A stretch of DNA of 64,000 nucleotides, taken from NCBI GenBank assembly GCA_002742885.1, contig PDOO01000031.1, positions 10,119-74,118 of the forward strand. The letters run 5' to 3'. A program made the position numbers and the translations under genes. Source of the DNA: Candidatus Cloacimonadota bacterium. Its GTDB lineage: Bacteria > Cloacimonadota > Cloacimonadia > Cloacimonadales > GCA-2742885. Position 1 is the first letter of the stretch; each line of letters opens with the position of its first letter. The notes beneath the pieces are model-generated. The model was given only the letters and a program-made list of their open reading frames with translations, was not told the DNA's origin and did no database searches. Positions 60,040 through 64,000 of this stretch are shown piece by piece.

Positions 60040-61466
60040 GCTTTTCTCCTTAAACGACTGTTTAATATGCCCAAACCTTCCCGATATTTGGCTATAACTC
60101 GCCGTGAGACGCTGATTCCGCGTTCTTTCAATATGGCGGCAATATCTCGATCGCTTATCGGTTTGGATTTATCTTCTTTTTCTGTTAATTCTTCAATATG
60201 TTTTTCTACCATTTGCCGAGAAACCGAATCGTAATTTCTGTCTTTTCCGGCGGAAGAAGTAAAATAATCTTTTAAACATACAATACCAAACGGAGTATCG
60301 GCGTATTTGTTTCTTACTACTCTTGAAATAGTTGATTCGTTGACTTGAAGTTTTTGAGCTATAACCGAATAGGTGAGAGGTTCCAGAATTCCTGTTTCTT
60401 CATAAAAATATTTTTTTTGATTTTCTATTATTGTTCTGGTAACCCGTTCCAAAGTTCTGTTTCGCAAAAAGAGAGATTTTATCAAGAATTTAGCTGAATT
60501 AACTTTATCTCGAACGTATTTTACCGCATCTTTGTCATTTCTGGAAGATTGAATGATTTTTCTGTATTGTTTGCTTAAAACCATTTTGGGAATATACCGG
60601 TCATTTACGATAACTTCAAATTCATTGTCTATTCTTTTTATGATAACGTCCGGAACGATAAAATCTCGTTCATTTGATAAAATACGCAATCCCGGTTTGG
60701 GGTCGAGCTTACTTATTTGTTCTTTGTAAGCGTTCAGTTCTTCGAGAGATATTTTGTACTTATTGCATATTTTTCGGTAGCGTCTGTGAATAAGGTTATC
60801 GAAATCTTCTTTTATTATGCCGGTTAAAATTAAATCATGACTCTGGGTTTCGTTTAATTGCGCCATAAGGCATTCGCTTATTGACAAAGCGGTAATTCCC
60901 GCCGGTTTAAGATGCAGGATTATTTGATGAACATTGTCGCTTTCTATTTCCGAGAGTTCGTATTTTTTCCCTGTATCGTAAATATCGTAATCAGGATCCA
61001 AAAAACCGTATGAATTTACGCTTTCTATCAAATCCATTCCGAAGTCAATTTCGTTTTCTTTTAAATTATATTTGTAAAGTTGATCGGTAAATTCCGAGAG
61101 CGTATCTTCTTTTTCCTGTAAATATTGATCAAGTTTTACTTTTTCTTCTCCGTTAAAAGAGCCTCCCGATTCGTAAGATCCGCTGTGATATTCGTTCCAT
61201 TGGTCAAGAATTTCGCTTAATTCTTTTGCTTCATCCAAAGTCTTTTCAACATCATCGTTTTCCGTTTCCCGAGGTTGTTCTTCATATTCCGATTCGATTG
61301 TTTCTTCCTGAATATCCAGCATAGGATTGGTAATCAATTCATGTTTCAAATGAAGTTCTAGCTCCATCATCGGTTTTACCAAAAGTTCTAAAGATTGCAA
61401 CATCTTAGGTCTCAATTCCATTCTCTGCTGGATGTTATGCGATAATACCTGGTGTATTTTAGCCAT
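60036..61466 (-). CDS. rpoN: RNA polymerase sigma-54 factor
   Basis: 476 aa. N-terminal Gln/Leu region, an acidic linker, a C-terminal HTH, and the RpoN box SRRVIAKYREGLGI. Confidence 0.9.
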   Translation of the reverse strand: MAKIHQVLSHNIQQRMELRPKMLQSLELLVKPMMELELHLKHELITNPMLDIQEETIESEYEEQPRETENDDVEKTLDEAKELSEILDQWNEYHSGSYESGGSFNGEEKVKLDQYLQEKEDTLSEFTDQLYKYNLKENEIDFGMDLIESVNSYGFLDPDYDIYDTGKKYELSEIESDNVHQIILHLKPAGITALSISECLMAQLNETQSHDLILTGIIKEDFDNLIHRRYRKICNKYKISLEELNAYKEQISKLDPKPGLRILSNERDFIVPDVIIKRIDNEFEVIVNDRYIPKMVLSKQYRKIIQSSRNDKDAVKYVRDKVNSAKFLIKSLFLRNRTLERVTRTIIENQKKYFYEETGILEPLTYSVIAQKLQVNESTISRVVRNKYADTPFGIVCLKDYFTSSAGKDRNYDSVSRQMVEKHIEELTEKEDKSKPISDRDIAAILKERGISVSRRVIAKYREGLGILNSRLRRKA

Positions 61467-61480
61467 AATGAATTCCTGTG

Positions 61481-62221
61481 TTAAAAGTTCTGGTGTAAAA
61501 ATCTTTCTCCCAAATAAACTTCCCTGGCTTTGGGATTATTGACCAATTCTGCGGATGTTCCGGACAAAAGAATTTTGCCGTTAAAAATAACATAAGCTCT
61601 TTCCGTAATGGTCAAAGTTTCGGCGACATTGTGATCTGTTATCAAAATTCCTATATTTCTTTCATTTTTTAATTTAAAAATAATATCCTGAATATCCTGA
61701 ACGGCAATGGGATCAACGCCGGCAAACGGTTCGTCCATAAGCAGAAATGAAGGTTTGGTTACCAAGGATCTGGTTATTTCCAATTTACGTCTTTCTCCGC
61801 CTGACAATGTATAAGCTTTTTGTTTTGCCAATTTCGTCAGATTCAATTCTGCCAAATATTCTTCCAAAAGACGTTTTCTTTCTTTTTTGGAAACACCGAT
61901 GGTTTCTATGATTGCCATGATATTTTCTTCTACCGTCAATTTATGAAAAATAGAGGGAGCCTGAGCAAGGTATCCTATACCGAGTTGAGCACGCTTGTAC
62001 ATCGGTTTTTTGGTAATGGGTTGATTGTTGTAATATATTTCTCCGGAGTCGGGTTTCACCAATCCGAGAGTCATGTAAAAGGTTGTTGATTTGCCTGCGC
62101 CGTTAGGACCGAGAATACCGACGCATTCGCCTTGATTTACCTCAAGACAAACTTTGTCCACAACTCTTCGGTTACCGTAAATTTTAACTAAATTTTCTAT
62201 TTTAATTTGATTCATACGCAT
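61481..62221 (-). CDS. lptB: LPS export ABC transporter ATP-binding protein LptB
   Basis: 246 aa. Walker A GPNGAGKST, signature LSGGERRKLEI, Walker B LLMDEP. Lies upstream of rpoN. Confidence 0.85.
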   Translation of the reverse strand: MRMNQIKIENLVKIYGNRRVVDKVCLEVNQGECVGILGPNGAGKSTTFYMTLGLVKPDSGEIYYNNQPITKKPMYKRAQLGIGYLAQAPSIFHKLTVEENIMAIIETIGVSKKERKRLLEEYLAELNLTKLAKQKAYTLSGGERRKLEITRSLVTKPSFLLMDEPFAGVDPIAVQDIQDIIFKLKNERNIGILITDHNVAETLTITERAYVIFNGKILLSGTSAELVNNPKAREVYLGERFLHQNF

Positions 62222-62320
62222 TCTTTTCGGTAAAACAGTTCGATAATGTTTATAGAAATATTCCGGGAAGCAATCATTTTTACTGCCTGCTCATATTTTT
62301 CATTATTTAAAAAAAATTTG

Positions 62321-63418
62321 TCAATCCTTTTTATCGTTAAATATATAAATTCCGTTCCGAGCATCGTTGACGGATATATCTCTGACGGTATTATCTTCAT
62401 TTAAATTAAGAGTTAACCTCTTACATCGCAGCTTATTGATAAAGAATTCATTTTTCTTTGTTTGAGTTTGAATTAATTTGGTTTTAACATTGTTTTTTGC
62501 TTCGCAGAAGCTTGCTTTTTGTTCAATAAAATCAATTTTTATTTCATCTCCCAGGACAAAACTTTCTTTTTCAGCTTCGTCTCGGATTTTAAAATACGCC
62601 TCGGAAGAATCTTTGAAAACTGCTTTTGTTATTTCATTATTATTGAAATACAGCCTGAACTCTTTAGCGAATCCGTTGACTTTTTCCGATTGCAACATCG
62701 GATTTCCCCGGAAGAGAGCTTCTTCGGTATCCGAAAAATAAATAAGATAGTTGCTTGTAACAGAAAATATTTCGTTATATAATTTTACGTTGAATAATGC
62801 TGCAATTTTATTGTAATTTCTGAAGAATTCCATTTTTTCGGATGAAATATCAAGAGAATCTTTGCCTTTTTTGGAAATATGAGGATTTTTAATCATAAAC
62901 CCGTAACCGGATTCAAGATTGTACTTCATTTCTCCGCAACTTCCTCTCATTTTTTCTTTTGAATCAAAAACCTTGATGTCTCCCGATGCGAAAACATCGC
63001 CTTTTTCCCGGTAATAATCAACGCTGTCGGCATGGAAAGTACGGTAAGAGGAATCTGCTTTGCAAGTTTGAGAGATATTCACGTTATGCAGTAATCTGAT
63101 AATCTCGTCTTTCCGGAAATAAGTAACTTTTTCGCTTTCCAGTCTCAGAGTGTCTTCTAATATGACAACGTTATTTTCCAATTCTACAATTTTTTCCGCT
63201 TCAAAAATTCCGGCATATTCCGAGAAAAATTCCGTATTGCCGTAAAAAAAATGCACGTCTCCGACAAGACAGGTTACGTAAGCCGAATCAATTTTTACTA
63301 CTTCCAGAGAATCGGCGTGAACAAGTTTGTAAGGACGATCCGATAAATTTTCGTCTTTATCGAATCCTGAAAGAAGAGAGATTGAAAAAAACAGCAAAAG
63401 CTCAATTATTCTTCTCAT
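62321..63418 (-). CDS. OstA/LptA-like periplasmic protein (about twice the usual LptA length)
   Basis: 365 aa with a signal peptide and beta-rich repeats with a recurring hydrophobic/acidic pattern. The call rests mainly on its position between lptC and lptB. Confidence 0.45.
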   Translation of the reverse strand: MRRIIELLLFFSISLLSGFDKDENLSDRPYKLVHADSLEVVKIDSAYVTCLVGDVHFFYGNTEFFSEYAGIFEAEKIVELENNVVILEDTLRLESEKVTYFRKDEIIRLLHNVNISQTCKADSSYRTFHADSVDYYREKGDVFASGDIKVFDSKEKMRGSCGEMKYNLESGYGFMIKNPHISKKGKDSLDISSEKMEFFRNYNKIAALFNVKLYNEIFSVTSNYLIYFSDTEEALFRGNPMLQSEKVNGFAKEFRLYFNNNEITKAVFKDSSEAYFKIRDEAEKESFVLGDEIKIDFIEQKASFCEAKNNVKTKLIQTQTKKNEFFINKLRCKRLTLNLNEDNTVRDISVNDARNGIYIFNDKKD

Positions 63419-63972
63419 TTAAATTCTCCCTCTTCCGGTTTTCCCTCTGCTTCGACATTTATCATGGTAACTTTGTCCAGAGAGATGTCTGTATGCATTT
63501 CGTATCCTTTTAAAATATGGTTGCCTCTTTTGAGTTCTACCCTGCCTTTTACGTAAATTTTTCCGGAGTTGCGTTCCCATTCCAAATAGTCAGCTTTCAA
63601 AACGCCGTTTTTACTTTCTATGACAATATTGCCTTTTGCCGTCATGATGTTTTTCACTTCCTCTGCCAAGGCGCTGTCGCAAACTAAAACAGAAGATAAA
63701 TTACCGGTTTCGTCGTAAGACTCCACGTAAACAGAATCCATGTAAACGGTTGATTTCATGATATATCGTCTGAATAATTTTGTATTCAGAAGATATTGTT
63801 TTTGATCTCCTTTCATTGCGGTAACGCTGACATATTCTCCGATTTCATCCGGCAATCCTCTAAAATCATTTTCGGGAAGGTCAATTTTTTCTGATTTACA
63901 GGACATCAAAAACAGCGCAATCAGACTAATGAGACTTAAGATAGGCAATAAATTTTTGTTTGGTTTCTTCAT
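63415..63972 (-). CDS. lptC: LptC-like LPS export protein
   Basis: 185 aa with an N-terminal anchor (lipobox-like LMSC). Beta-jellyroll-like sequence with ...TAKGNIVIES.NG..LKADYLEW......I....V.L.... Overlaps the next gene by 4 nt. Confidence 0.5.
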   Translation of the reverse strand: MKKPNKNLLPILSLISLIALFLMSCKSEKIDLPENDFRGLPDEIGEYVSVTAMKGDQKQYLLNTKLFRRYIMKSTVYMDSVYVESYDETGNLSSVLVCDSALAEEVKNIMTAKGNIVIESKNGVLKADYLEWERNSGKIYVKGRVELKRGNHILKGYEMHTDISLDKVTMINVEAEGKPEEGEFK

Positions 63973-64000
63973 AAATTCCCGCAGATTTTAAAATTTCTTC

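Overview
This is a visibly AT-rich, densely coding chromosomal window with about 60 genes in long co-directional runs. No transposase, integrase, CRISPR array or rRNA was seen. All functional calls come from reading motifs in the supplied ORF translations and hand-folding RNA; no database search or tool was run.

Most of the content is housekeeping:
- an envelope-glycan cluster (epimerase, methyltransferase, UPF0104-like membrane protein, MoxR, kdsB, YfhO-like protein) followed by rph
- cspA
- panB, tgt, eno
- secG, trpS, pnp, rpsO
- a MarR/OsmC/thioredoxin-like module
- DUF1385, prfA, corC-like protein, amidohydrolase
- rlmH, ptb, a compact sigma-70, an HspR-like MerR, LysM-M23, acyP
- thiD, NIF3, mutS, SPOR, U32, rho
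- rocD, a PPi-type PFK
- lptC, lptA-like, lptB, rpoN, lpdA, hpf

The one clearly accessory block is 8.5-18.8 kb. It holds three consecutive secreted proteins, each ending in a type IX secretion (T9SS) C-terminal sorting domain: a 7-repeat SBBP beta-propeller protein, a 420-aa protein with an unknown N-domain, and a 1387-aa gingipain-like C25 peptidase with an intact His/Cys dyad. A PorX-type response regulator (receiver + PglZ/alkaline-phosphatase domain) follows directly. The first two cargo genes share a roughly 0.68-kb, about 90% identical 3' cassette that includes the terminator.

RNA genes:
- two identical tandem tRNA-Leu copies whose hand-folded anticodon is AAG (A34, unusual for bacteria), sitting in the secG-leuU position
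- tRNA-Ser(GGA)
- a tRNA-Sec (anticodon UCA, 6-bp D-stem with 4-nt D-loop)

Other oddities:
- tgt has no ATG start and lies in frame with the upstream lipoprotein gene across a single TAG; its Shine-Dalgarno (SD) spacing favours an ATA start
- a PilZ-like/REC/pseudo-REC protein appears translationally coupled to a lipoprotein
- a hairpin plus U-tract sits exactly between a GGAGG and the rlmH start codon
- lpdA is inserted by an ATGA overlap between rpoN and hpf
- an orphan PilM-like gene pairs with a bitopic PilP/GspC-like gene
- a lipoprotein has a His/Gly/Asn/Asp-rich tail

T9SS sorting domains, PorX, a compact sigma factor, DUF2851, ptb/rocD and PPi-PFK suggest an anaerobic FCB-group (Cloacimonadota-like) organism. 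That lineage call is inference only.

I found no single unmistakably new multi-gene system. The best candidates for follow-up are the T9SS cargo/PorX island with its shuffled 3' cassette, the A34 tRNA-Leu pair, and the REC-lipoprotein pair.
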